Origin: Octopus vulgaris
Lineage: Eukaryota
Direction: 5' to 3'
Length of the DNA: 64,000 nucleotides
NCBI GenBank assembly: GCA_951406725.2
Contig: OX597824.1
Location: 99,138,001 to 99,202,000, forward strand
The notes under the pieces are model-generated. The model did no database searches. It was not told the origin of the DNA and saw only the letters and a program-made list of their open reading frames with translations. How positions within the stretch are numbered: the first letter of the stretch is position 1; the number at the start of each line of letters is the position of its first letter. Shown piece by piece: positions 39,198 to 51,370 of this stretch. A program made the position numbers and the translations under genes.

Positions 39198-40373
39198 TTG
39201 AATAATTGAATGAATTATCTTATTAAGGATAATTCGAAAGATAACCGATACCTGGGTAGCAAATTCACATCAGAAAGAACACGGTTGAAGCTACGTCCCT
39301 AGGTCATAGACTACGTGTCTTCGTGCGGAAATTTGTGTTTATTTTAAAATTATAAGTATATGAAAGAATGGAGTTGAACGACTAGTTAACTAATATCCTT
39401 TATTCTCGACATATGTTTCGAAGGCTGCATATTCCTAATTCCAAAGGAATAAGGAGAACATTATGCAGATTTCTCGTCAGGAAAATCAAGGAACTTATGT
39501 CGACATCAAAATGCACAAAAAACTTTTAGCTGACCGCTCTCAAGGCGATAATGAGTGTCTATTTATAATGAGTGACGTCAGAGTGGCTGAATGTAGAAGA
39601 ATCTAGAAGTTTCTAAAGGTTCAAGAGTTCAAACGAAGTAGGAGGAGGGAGGCATAAGAATAGTAAGGTGAGAGAGTGCAGGTCAAAAGAATGGTGGGTT
39701 TAAATGATTTCTTTTGTGAATGAGTGCCTGTGTGTGTGACTGTATATAACTGTCTTGATGTGTGTATGTGTGTGTCTGAATGCGTGATTGTGTTTGTGGA
39801 TGGGTAGATGTCAGAAAACTGACAGCTGTGAGTTGAAAGGTCTGTATCTGTGTGTTCGATTATGTTTACTGTAGGGAAAGGAAAGTAGATAGCGAAAGGG
39901 AGAAAGAATCGGGCGAGGTGAGAGGCAACGCAAGAATGGATAGTAGTAATTGGGAATATAAGAAAATCTTTTTTGAGTATTGGGGTGAAATATAGCACAA
40001 ATTTTTTTTTTTTTGGAAATCGAGGGGTTATCTATATTAGTCACTATTTATATGAATGAAAGGTGTGTCTTTTCCAGTGTAAGCACCTGTAGGATCTTTC
40101 GACGATTGTGTTTATTAAAGGGCCTTTGGCGAACAAAATATGAAAAAGTTCGGAATTACAGATGCCACAAAATTTTCTGCCTTTATCAAACGGGAAGGAC
40201 ACCGACAAAATGGACCATTCGAGCTTGAACGTAGTGTTATTGTTCTTCAGACGCCAGACTAATTTGCTTAGCCCCGTGCTGTTTTGCTTTCTCTTATCTT
40301 CGGAATTAGGAATATGCAGCCTTCGAAACATATGTCGAGAATAAAGGATATTAGTTAACTAGTCGTTCAACTC
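39198..40373 (-). mobile_element. Young 5'-truncated Penelope-like element with inverted partial pLTR
   Basis: ORF 40331-40044 (STGLSKLVWRLK..LEWSIL..CGICNSELFHIL..LIN...CLH) resembles a PLE endonuclease C-terminus. A perfect 72-bp inverted repeat links 39371-39442 and 40302-40373. Confidence 0.88.
39402..39486 (-). ncRNA. Type I hammerhead ribozyme, apparently intact
   Basis: AUUUUC-CUGACGA-stem II (GAA..CUGCAUA / UAUGCAG..UUC)-GAAAC-AUAU-GUC-GAGAAU. Stem I has 6 bp and stem III is the palindrome ACAUAUGU. Predicted cleavage is at 39408/39407. Confidence 0.88.
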
Positions 40374-41187
40374 TAATATATCTCACAGCTTACCTCTGAC
40401 ACCTAAATATTATATTGTATTACAGACTTCCCCTCCCTTTATCGTATCTTCTCTCTCTCCAGGGTTAGGCAATCTTTATATTCATGGGGACATCATGTAA
40501 TTGGTTCTGTTTATGAAAATCAGAATGGGGACAGTTCCAGAGAAATGATTTTGTTAATGGTGCTGTTGTTGTTTAGCTCCAACTTATTCCTGACTCAACT
40601 GAATTGTGATCAAAAGCGTTTCAGCCATGGTCATCTCAAACTTCATTATCCACAGTGTCAGTCATTTTAAAGATATTTGTGTGTAATTTGAGAGAGATTT
40701 TACTGTTATATCTAGCAAAAGAAACAACCGGGCTGATAAACCCTTTGCTGGTTTGTCTACAAGCACAATGATATTGATGGTGGTGGTGGCAGTTAAACTG
40801 ATTAAATGATTGACCGATATAAAGTCAGTCATACAGAAATTTGTCTGTTGTTATAATGCTTGATTGATTTTGTTAAGTTAATCTAGAACATCATGATAAT
40901 ATTATCTAGGTGGATTAACATGTTGGATTGCTACTCTCTTGAGTGGGGTCTAGAGTTCAAGACTTGTAGCCAGTTTATCACTAATCAATTGTAAATCTCA
41001 ATCATGCCATAGCTTACTGATGAAGCTTTGCTTCGAAAGAATATCCAACATCTTCTCAAGTTGATAGTTTCTCAAATGAAACTTATTCCAGATCATTTAT
41101 GTTTATTTCTAAATCAAAAAAAATAAATCTCTCTGAATCTTTTTCCATTTTTCCCTGTTATTTACAAATGCTGATCTGATTGCTATC

Positions 41188-41648
41188 TCATCATCATCAT
41201 CATTCTTTAACATCTGCTTTCCATGCTAGCATGGGTTGGAGAATTTTGACTGAGGGCTGGCGAACCAGATGGCTGCACCAGGCTCCAATCTTGATCTGGC
41301 AGAGTTTCTACAGCTGGATGCCCTTCCTAACGCCAACCACTCCAAGAGTGTAGTGTGTGCTTTTTACATGTCACTGGCATGGGGCCAGTCAGGCGGTACT
41401 GGCAATGACCTTGCTCGAATCTTTTTACACATACCAACGGCACAGGTGCCAGTAAGATGATGTTGGTAACGATCCTGCTCGAATGGTGCCCTTTTATGTG
41501 CCACTGGCACGGAAACCAGTTGGCTGCTCTGGCAACGATCACGCTCGGATGGTGCTCTTGGCACCCTACTAGCACGGGCACAAGTGCCAGTAAGGCGACA
41601 CTGGTAATGATCACACTCGAATGGTGCCCTTTTATGTGCCACTGGCAG
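41188..41648 (-). mobile_element. RTE 3' UTR with repeat array
   Basis: (ATC)n followed by the reverse complement of the conserved tail and ~5 hairpin units. Confidence 0.8.
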
Positions 41649-44589
41649 GTAGTGTATTTGGCTTAGAATTCTTTCAAATTTTTGCACAAGACCAGGAATT
41701 TTATGGTTCAAATCAATTCCAATGCTTCCCTGATACTTTACTTTTCATCCTTTATAGGCTAATAACATTAACCTCAACAGAATTTGAACTCAGAACATAA
41801 AGAGCTGTTAAACATTTTGTCCAATATGCTAATGATTCTGTCAGCTCACCTTAACATCTCAAGTGTTTCGCTGCTGGTTTTGTGACTTTACTGTCATATT
41901 TGACCATATTTTGCTAAAATATATATCTTGGTTTATATTATTTGGTGAACCCTCAATTACTGCTGTTTTTAATTTCACAGCTGCTTAAGTAACCCCATTT
42001 CCTACTCTTATATATTCACACTTAAATCTTCTGTATTTATACACCCATACCCCTGTACTATATCTTGATGCTCTCACATTGTGGTACCTTTTTACAATCA
42101 TACCTCCATACTGTACCTTTATACAAGTATACAAATCATATGAAAATTAGCTAAATTTATAAAGCCATCAAATTGAGTCTGGCAACTAGAAGTAGGTGAT
42201 AGGTTTACTTCATGATTCAATGAATTTAATTCAGTTATGGAATTTATTTGCCAATCTATTGAAATCATAAACATTTGTTGCTATTTTAAACAGGAAATTC
42301 ATTTAGGAAAGATTTTTGTGGGGTTTTTGTCTTGTGCTTCTCCCATTCTAACCTCATCAACAAAGCAGTATATTGCTTTACCATTTTTACTTGGCCATGG
42401 CACAAGTACATAGCAGTTTTATGTCCTTAAACTTGCCATTTTTCTCCAGGAAGTTACAAAATATTATATTCATAAAACATCTTTCAGAAAGAAAGAAGCT
42501 GGAACAAAATGAGCAGAAGATTTGTATTCTCAAGTTTAAAAGAAGACAAAATAAGAGAACAAAGCAAAAATGAGAGAGAGTTTGGAAGCAAAACCTTTCA
42601 GTTTTCCTGGGAAAACAAGCAAAACAATACAGTGGTGGTGGTGGCGATGGAGTCTGGTTGTTGGTTCACTTAATTATGTTTTTTTTTTTCCTCCTTATCA
42701 CACAAAGTTAAGAGCAACTAAGTTAAATATCAGCTGCTCCTTTAATCTAGGTTCCATTCTGAGATGTGCCGTTTCAATTAGGCTTTACTGACATACCCAT
42801 TAGGACCATTATTCTTTAGGATTTTGATGAACAGATTTTAAAATAGGAACTCTAATAGTAGAGAATTTAAGAGAATAACAAACTCTAGGCATCAGCCTGG
42901 AGTTTCTATGCATTTTTATGTGACAGTTCACGCCTTTGAATGGAGGTCATAAAACTGTTAAATTGATTGTGGTATATTTAAAGCAATAACTGGATGGTTG
43001 GAAATGATACTTTGACATGTTTGCAATTTCTTTTAAACCTGTTGTACAAACACTAGAATTCGCCTTCAATGCAGACAAGCATGACAGAAGATTGACTTAG
43101 TAATGTTCTTACTTTTAGCCCCCGCCATCGTCTTATGAAAGTGTCTGCGCTTATAACTTGCTTTACAGTTTCTCTCTCTCTCTCAACTTTCAAAACAGAT
43201 ACAAAATCCATGTATTGAAATATGAGTAGACAAGCTCTAAAATAAAGGTAAAAATCTGTTTTGGCTGAGATTTAGTGTACGAATTGTCATGGCAAATTCT
43301 TAATAATTTAGTAGTCAAATATTATTTGTTATATTTTAACCATTGTCAGCTAGTAGAGTGTCAAAAATTGTAGACTCCTCATATTTTCTTACAGTTATTA
43401 CAGTTGAAATTGTACAAGTTCACTTTTTCACTTATCTTTTCAGAGTTGTTAGGACACTTAACAATTATACATTGGGGGCTAAGATCAATAAGTCAAACTC
43501 TTCCCTTCAAAATTTCAGCTGTCATACCAAAGTTAAAAGTAATATTATACTTTAAATAAATTAACACCAATGAACATTTTAAATGAAATTCAAAGAGAGA
43601 TAGAGGTGGGCTACAGCAAACTGTTCCTTATGAATATGTATATGTGTGAGTGAGAAGTGTATGTGGTGGTGGTGGTAGGGAGGGGTGTAATTGTTTTTAT
43701 GTTCATTAATATCTTCATGAGATACAACTAAGGGAAAGACACAAGTCTGCTATCTGTACACATATGTGTGCATGTGTGTAAATAAAACGAGAAATAAGGG
43801 TGCCTCTCGATGATCACTGAAAATGCTTGGAATAGCAGTCAAATTTCTCTCAAATCATACCTCACTTTCTCAAGAAAGAAAGGACACATTAAGTAATATG
43901 GTCTCCTGGATCAGGGCTGACCTAGGGCTGAACACCAGTAACATCAAATAAATTTTGTTTAAAGAGAGAGAGAGATAGAGGGAGAGAGAAAGAGAGAGGG
44001 AGAGAGAAAAAGGTTGACAGAGAAAAAAGTAAGAGGGAGAGAAGGAAGAAGATAGTGAGGGGGGTGGGGCGAAAGAGTGGGATGGAAGGGTGGTACCTGT
44101 TTAATACCATACTTGTATTTCAGTTGGTATTTGAGTGGAGTCAGTGATGATTATAATTGGTGTCCATTCATACAAGCAGAAAGGAAGTTCCAAATGGGGT
44201 GCACTTTTAAAAGGGGAAGAATTATCTGTTATTTCTATAAAGTCCTAACCAGGGCTGCCAAATCAGGGTCAAGGCAGAAAGGTGTTTAGTGAGAATGAAA
44301 CAAGAGACAAGCACTTGAATGCTTTCTTGTTTTATGAATACAGAATTTAATGTCTTATAATGGATTGTTTCACAGAGATATTGCTGGACTTGAGAGTCGT
44401 GTTAGGACTCAAGTGGAGGAGATGATACTCGTCATTGCTTTTTTTTTCTTAGTTGATTCATTTGTTGTCTAAAAGTCAAGTTGGTTACTTGGCTTGGGGT
44501 ATCCATCAATGGGTGAGTGGTTTCAATGAACTCTTGCTCCAATTCAGGCCAGGAGTAGAAATCTGCACTGAAACCTAACGGAACACATG

Positions 44590-45225
44590 TTGGGATATCT
44601 AACAGCCGAGTGGACTGAGCTGTGTGTTGTGTTCTTGTTCTTGAGCAAGACACTTTATTGCACACTAGCAGTATCGCCCGGCGTTGCTCAGGTTTGTAAG
44701 GGAAATAACTATAAAGCATTTTTAGAGAGTTATAGCCAAAAAATAGAAAAAAAATGATGGTAAATTTTTTCAGAGTTAAAAAAGGTGGAGTTGCGTCCCC
44801 TAGACGGTCTGTGGTTTGGGTTTCTGATTCTCGACCCCATGTCGAATTTATCGATTTTTTTCAGAACTGGGGGAACTTTTCAAAATTTTCGCTGCGTTAG
44901 TTTTGAATTATGACATTGGGCTATGTGTGTGTCAAGTTTCATCAGAATCGGTTGAAAGCCGTGGTCAGAGTGAGGGTACGAGAAAACAGACACACAGAAA
45001 ACACACAGACAAACTGCCGTTTATATAGAGAGATTACTCCAGTTCACTCAGCTATAGAAATGAGTTGCAACATCACTGGCACCAAGCTGTATCAATCAGC
45101 CCCTTTGCTTTCCCTTGGATAACATCAGTGGCACGGAGGGGGGGGGGCTGGTATGCTTTTGTGACTGCTAGTCTTGTGCCTTGGAGGGGAACTTTCTAGG
45201 TGCAATCTCATGATCTTTACCATTA
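44590..45225 (+). mobile_element. CORE-type SINE split by a Helitron
   Basis: GTTCTTGAGCAAGACACTTTATTGCACA | TTACTCCAGTTCACTCAGC rejoins to match the uninterrupted copy at 60655-60720. Confidence 0.75.
44665..45033 (-). mobile_element. Non-autonomous Helitron
   Basis: Minus strand 5' end TCTCTCTATATAAA, subterminal hairpin CCTGAGCAACGCCGGG and 3' CTAG. It is inserted between A and T with no TSD. Confidence 0.88.
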
Positions 45226-45826
45226 CCAGTGTCAGTGCTAGAAAATAAACCACTGAACCTTTAGCTCATTGTCTAGCATCTTATCAACTCTATAGAATGT
45301 AATTATATACCTAACGACTTGCATGGTAGTGACTATTCAAGCACAGTTGCTATGCTCCACCTGTGCAATGATGATGTGCTCATTTTGTGAACCTTTTTAA
45401 TGATGATTGTGCTCCAGTATGGCCTTAATTCAGTGGTTGAAACCAGAAAAACAAAGGAATTATATTATTCATTCACTGCTGCGAACTGTGCCTTTCCATG
45501 ACACCTGTCTACATCTAAGTGGACTGAGCTATTCACAGTTATAGTGTCAAGGCCACAGTGACAGGATATTAAACAGTGATAGTTATTAAGTTCCTTATGA
45601 ATAATAGAAATGTTTTCTTTATTTGGTAATTTCTTAACTAAGTTCCTTAATGAGGTCCTTAATTTGCTAATAACACTTCATTATGAGATTAATTACTAAA
45701 GTAACTGAAATGTTTGTTGTTGCATAAATAAAGTTTTCAGTTCTAAGCAGTGGGGACCTATAAATATCCTCAGAGATTGAAGAAGATTCTAAATGCCTGG
45801 TTTTATTGAGTTAAATGGATGAAATA

Positions 45827-47049
45827 CAAGGAGTGCCCATTAAAGATTTCACCTGACGCACTTCCGGTTATGTAATTGCAGCTTTCCACGGGTATTCGCT
45901 TGTCTTTTATGGCTGCTGAAGTGGACTGAGGTGTTATAATGGAGGCAGTTGAATGCAGATCAGGGATCAGGTTCTTATACTTGAAAGGTCATACACCAAA
46001 TGAGACTTTCGATGAGATGAAAGAAGTTTATGGTGATGGTGCACCGTCATACGACATAGTCAAGCACTGGCATCACCAGTTCAAATGTGGTCGGACATTG
46101 GTGGAAACTGATCCTGTTGCTGGACAACCACATTCAGCCATTGATGATGACACCATCCTTAAAGAGGGGGCCACCATTTTGGAGGATCATCAATGACTAT
46201 TTAGCAACTAGTCCAAGAAGTGAAGATATGTGTAGGGTCTGTGGAGAAAAATCATTCACGACCATTTGCACATGCGGAAGTTGTCTGCACAATGATTCTC
46301 TGAATGCTCTCACCTTTTCAGATGCAGAAATGAGTCAGTTGCTTCCAGGCTCTTTTGGCTATGTGCCAAGAAAACTGGGGGGGCCTTTTTTGGCAGACTT
46401 ATCACACAGGATGAAGCATGGGTCCATTACTATGAACGTGAGATCCAGTCAAAACAATGGAAGTATGATAACTCACCACCTCCAAAAAAGGCTCATGTTC
46501 AACCTTCACCAGGCAAGGTGATGCTCACAGTCTTCTGGGACCAAAACGGAGTAGTGATGATGGATTTTCTGGCAAAGGGCACCACAAATAATGGGACATA
46601 TTATGCTTCTCTGCTGCAGAAATTGTGGGACACGATCAAAGCAGAGTGGTGTGGCATGCTGACCAAAGGAATCCACATTCTCCAAGATAACGCTTCAGTT
46701 CACAATGTGCATGTTGCCCAGATGAAAGCACACATTTGCAGCTACGAAATCCTTCCTAATTCCCCTTATTTTCCTGACCTCACACCATCTGACTTTGACT
46801 TCTTTTCAACCATGAAATCTTTTTTGAAGGGGAAGCACTTTTCAGATGATGATGGACTTATTTCTGAGGTAATGTCTTGGCTCTAGACACAACCTACTAA
46901 CTTCTAGAGGTCTTCACAGCTGCATAAAGCAATGGGGAAAGTGTGTCACCATTGGGGGTGGCCATGTAGCGAAGGACTAATAATTATGCCAAGTTTCATT
47001 TCTCCCAGTTCTTGGGAAGTGGGCCAGGAGAAATCTTTAACGAATATCC

Positions 47050-47053
<4 letters not shown>
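45827..47053 (+). mobile_element. Full-length defective mariner (DD34D, irritans-like)
   Basis: TIR core TTAAAGATTTCACCTG / CAGGAGAAATCTTTAA. Frameshifted transposase: MEAVECRSGIRFLYLKG.., MLTVFWD.., LQDNASVH, PYFPDLTPSDF. Confidence 0.92.
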
Positions 47054-47103
<50 letters not shown>

Positions 47104-47237
47104 TGTAAATGTGTTATGTCACCTATTTTGTTATGTCATGCTTTGTATTAAAAAATAAGCTATAAATGTGATCCAACTGATGTGTTGGTTAATCTCTGGT
47201 TTTCTCCATTTTCTAATTATTTGCATTTATATATATA

Positions 47238-48010
47238 TCATCATCATCATCATTTAGTGTCCATTTTCCATTTGGCATGAGTTGGAAGGTTTGACTGAGG
47301 ATTGGCAAGCCAGTAGGTTGCACCAACTCCAGTCTGAGCTCGCAAAGTTTCTACAGCTGGATACCCTTCCTAATGCCAACCACTCCGAGAGTGTGATGGA
47401 TGCTTTTTACATGCCTCTGTCATGGGAGCCAGTCAGGTGGCACCAGCATTGACCACAATTTGGATGGTGCTTTTTATGTGCCACCAGCACAGGAGCCAGT
47501 TGGGGTGGGGACTTGCAGCAGCCATGTTCGGATGGTGTTTTTATGTCTTACTGGCATTGATCCATGCTTGAATGGTGCTTATAACATGCCACCAGCACAG
47601 GTGCCTGTCAGGTGGCACTGGCATTGGCCACAACTACATTTTCCATTTTGATTTATTGATTTTACTTGACTCAATAGGTCTTCGCAAGCACAGAATGTCG
47701 CCCGATGATTCAAGGGTACTTTTAAATGGGCTGATTATGCAACACTGGTATCAGCCACAGCTGTGGTCTCACTTTACTTGCCGGGTCTTCTCAATCACAG
47801 CATATCTCCAAAGGTCTCAGTCTCTTGTGATTGCCTCTGTGAGGTCCAATGTTTGATGGTCGTGCTTCACCACCTCATCCCATGTAGTTTTGGGACTCCC
47901 TCCTCCATGTCTTCCTTCCATTGTTAGGGTGTGACACTTCTTCACACAGCTCTCCTCGTCCATATGTAGCACATGACCATACCAGTGCACTTGTCTCTCC
48001 TGCACACCAC
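47238..48010 (-). mobile_element. RTE C-terminus plus 3' UTR
   Basis: QERQVHWYGHVLHMDEESCVKKC, repeat array and (ATC)n. Shares near-identical UTR sequence with 62360-62550. Confidence 0.85.
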
Positions 48011-48054
48011 ATATATGTATGTATATCCTGGATGGAAACTTTCACAAAATACAT

Positions 48055-48930
48055 ATGAGAGTAGACTGCAAAGTTCATAGGCTGACTATGAAGGAGTGAT
48101 GCTGGAGCTGTGAAATTTTGACTGCATTAATTTCAACTCTTCTTATTAATAACTGCATTGTTTCTTCCCGGGTAAACTGACATCTGACTGTTCAGAGAAC
48201 ACTTCAAAACTAACTAGTATTGACTTGTCTTGAAAATGAACAAAATTTGGCATCATGATTTTATCAAGTACCTGCAGAAAAAGGGTTTAGCCCCTAAGGA
48301 CATTCATGCTGACATGGCTGCTACATTAGATGATGTTGCTCCAGCTTTATCAATAGTGCAAAAGTGGGCAGCTGAATTTAGGAGAGGAAGGGAGAGTCTT
48401 GAAGATGACCCATGGTGTGGAGGTCCTGCAACAGCCACCACCAAAGAAAACATTGAGTATGTTCACCATATGGTGATGGGTGGCAGTCAATTTGATTATA
48501 AATCAAATAGCCAATGCTATTAGCATATCCTGTGAGAGTTGAGAATAACATTGCACAATGAAGTTGACATGACAAGAGTTTCTCTTTGGTGGGTGCCACA
48601 TCTTCTGACCAAGATTGATCACACAACAGAAAAACCTGACACTGTTTGAAGCATATCTAGCTGGTTTCTTTGAATGTTTCCTAAGCCAGGATGAGTGTTA
48701 GCTCCATCACTTTGAATCAGAGACAAAGAGACAATCCATGCAATGAAAACATGCCTCCTCACCTGCTCTAACGAAGGCTGAGGTCGTTTCATCTGCTGGG
48801 AGGGTGATGACATCAGTTATTTTGGATGCGAAAGGCTTTGTGTTTATTGACTGTCTTCAAAAGAATCACACCATCAATGGAGAGTACCATGTGAACTTGC
48901 TGAAGCAGTTACAAAATGCTATCAAGACCT
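48055..48930 (+). mobile_element. mariner transposon 5' part (second family), disrupted
   Basis: IKYLQKKGLAPKDIHADM..APALSIVQKWAAEFRRGRESLEDDP, then WVPHLL, SAGRVM..FLDAKG. Confidence 0.88.
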
Positions 48931-48937
48931 AACATAC

Positions 48938-49941
48938 GGTCAGTCTATGGGATTACCCTGGGTTTCAAATCCATAAAGCGCTTAGCTTTATTGTGTTTCT
49001 TCAAACCTTAATGGCCAGTGGCCTATAACCTCTCTTCAAAATGGAGAGAGAAAAGACCTCATGGCTAGTTGTTGAACACACACACAAAGGAGTAGGCTTA
49101 AGTTCAAAGGATTGTCTCCCTTAGACCGCTGTCCATAATTTACATGGTTGGCTTCTGGGTTCCAGGATTTCAGTGGGAATCTCCTAAAATGTAAGTAGGG
49201 TTCAAGGACTTCCATTCTGGAATTTAAGATGTTCCCCAGATCGAGGGAGTTCTTTAATATTCTCAAGCATTTAGTCATGCACAGCTTGCAATACTCGCTC
49301 CCGTTGACATAGGGGCCCCTGGTTTTTCTTGGATCTTCCATGAGATTATGTGTGGAGTCCTTTGTCCTTCGGGCACCACACATGGCTGGCCTAGGACATG
49401 GCGTATTGTCTCTCTGGGATGCTGAACAAGGATCTGTAGTTGGAGAGGCACTGCTTGAAGGTGTTTCCGAAACATCTGCTGTATCTTCATTTACTGCTGC
49501 TGCTGGTGATGTTGATGATGTTATTTCCGCTGTGGCTGGCACTGGTGTTGTTGCTGATGTTAGGGTCATTAATGCTGGCAGAGGAGACATCATCAGTGGC
49601 AGTCTTGCGGTTGGTATTATTGGTGCTGCTTTGCTCTTAGAGCTGTCATTTGCACTGTATTGGTAGTGGCATCTTAAATTCCAGGATGGAAGTCTTCAGA
49701 CCCTGCTTACACTTCAAGAGATTCCTACTGAAGTCTTGAAACCCACAAGTCAACCACAGTGATTGCAGATAGCGGTTTAAGGGGGACAATACTTTGCACT
49801 TGACCCTTCTCTTTTGTCAACAACCAGCTATGCAGTTTTTTTTCCCTCCACTTTGAAGAAAGGTTATCACCCACTAGCCTCAAGAAACGCCATAAAGTTA
49901 AGTGCTTTGTGGATGTAAAACCCAGGATAACACCATAGACC
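48938..49941 (-). mobile_element. Penelope-like remnant bounded by ~100-bp inverted repeats
   Basis: ORF 49593-49036 contains CKLCMTKCLRILK..NILNSRMEVLEPYLHFRRF (PLE C-terminus-like). 48938-49050 is the reverse complement of 49843-49941. Confidence 0.7.
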
Positions 49942-49964
49942 AGCTATAACTATCTTTATCTAAT

Positions 49965-50550
49965 ATCATCATCATCATCATTTAGCGTCCGTTTTCCATG
50001 CTAGCATGGGTTGGACGGTTCAACTGGGGTCTGTGAAGTAGGACGGCTTCATCAGGCCCAGTCAGATCTGGCAGTGTTTCTACGGCTGGATGCCCTTCCT
50101 AACGCCAACCACTCCGTAAGTGTAGTGGATGCTTTTTACATGCCACCCGCACAGGTGCCAGACAGAGCTGGCAAACGGCCACGAACGGATGGTGCTTTTA
50201 CATGCCACCGGCACGGGGGCCAGGCGAGGCTGGCAACGGACACGAACGGATGGTGCTTTTACGTGCCACCAGCACGGGGGCCAGGTGAGGCTGGCAACGG
50301 ACACGAGCGGATGGTGCTTTTACGTGCCACAGGCACGAGGCCAGTCGGGGCGGCACTGGCAACGGTCACGAACGGATGGTTCTCTTACGTGTCACCGGCA
50401 CTGGTAACTCAGCTGCAATTTCCATTGATCGATTTCGATTCTGATCCTCACTTGCCTCAACAGGTCTTCACAAGTAGAGTTTTGTGTCCCAAGAAGGGAA
50501 GGTATGCATACGTAGGCTGGCTCCATCCCATGTAGAAGGCCACGGGTTGC
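49965..50550 (-). mobile_element. Young RTE 3' UTR with ~60-bp repeat array
   Basis: (ATC)n, conserved tail and ~5 units of CGGATGGTGCTTTTACRTGCCACC. Confidence 0.85.
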
Positions 50551-50579
50551 AAAATCTTTCCCAGGTGAAGAATATATAA

Positions 50580-51370
50580 CTCAACATAAGCCATTGGTTA
50601 GTGACTTCAGGCTTAAAGCCAGAAAGATCCAGAGATGCAACCCAAAATGAAAATAGAGTTTTTGGAAGCTCAAGGATCCTTCAAACAGGCAAAGATTTAG
50701 AGATGTTCTTAATGAGGCCTTTGATGAGAAGGAAGAAGAGATAGAAACGTTTGATGTAGAGGACAACTTGAAGTTCCTACTGGATAAACTGCTAAGGGCA
50801 ACAGACCAAATCTGTGGTTAGAGCAAAGTTTCTACTAGACCAAGGGCGACGTGGTGGGGGAACAGTGACATTGACGGGGCCATAAAAGAGAAGAGTGGAA
50901 AAGAGTGGGTAGCAAAGGATTATAACAGAAAGCTAAAAATGGGGTTAGATGTTTGGTTTGTCTAACTAGGGTAGAAGCAGAAAAGAAGAGGTTTGCAAAA
51001 GTCTTACAGCCAAAGTCCTTCAGAGATTTGAAGTGTTCCAGATTACTAGACAGTGTGTCAGTGAGAATTGAGATGTTGTAGACGATGATGATGATGATGA
51101 TGAAGTAGGAGAGAAGTGTGCGTGGGTGGATAATGGTATGCTTGCACTTAGTGATGTGGAGAAGAAAGAGGCATGGAAAAGTTACTATGTGTGACTGTTG
51201 AATGTAGAAAATGAATGGGACAAAGGGAGTCTCTCTCTCATGTGAATCCAACAGAGGGACCAGCTGCCCTAGCGGACAGCAGTATGGTAGGTAAGGCAAT
51301 TAAAAACATGAAAACCAGTAAAGCCCCTGGTCTATCTGGAATCATGGCGGAGATGTTCAAAATAACTGCT
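50580..51370 (+). mobile_element. Decayed RTE endonuclease-RT linker fragment
   Basis: WKLKDP, ATWW and VGKAIKNMKTSKAPGLSGIMAEMFK. Confidence 0.75.

Noticed and set aside
41016-41050. CTGATGA...GAAA hammerhead candidate
   Set aside because: Stem II is out of register with the core, and there is no convincing stem I or III.
49965-51370. Single RTE insertion with twin-priming 5' inversion
   Set aside because: The minus-strand UTR is young and CpG-rich while the plus-strand body is heavily decayed. Two independent insertions are more likely.
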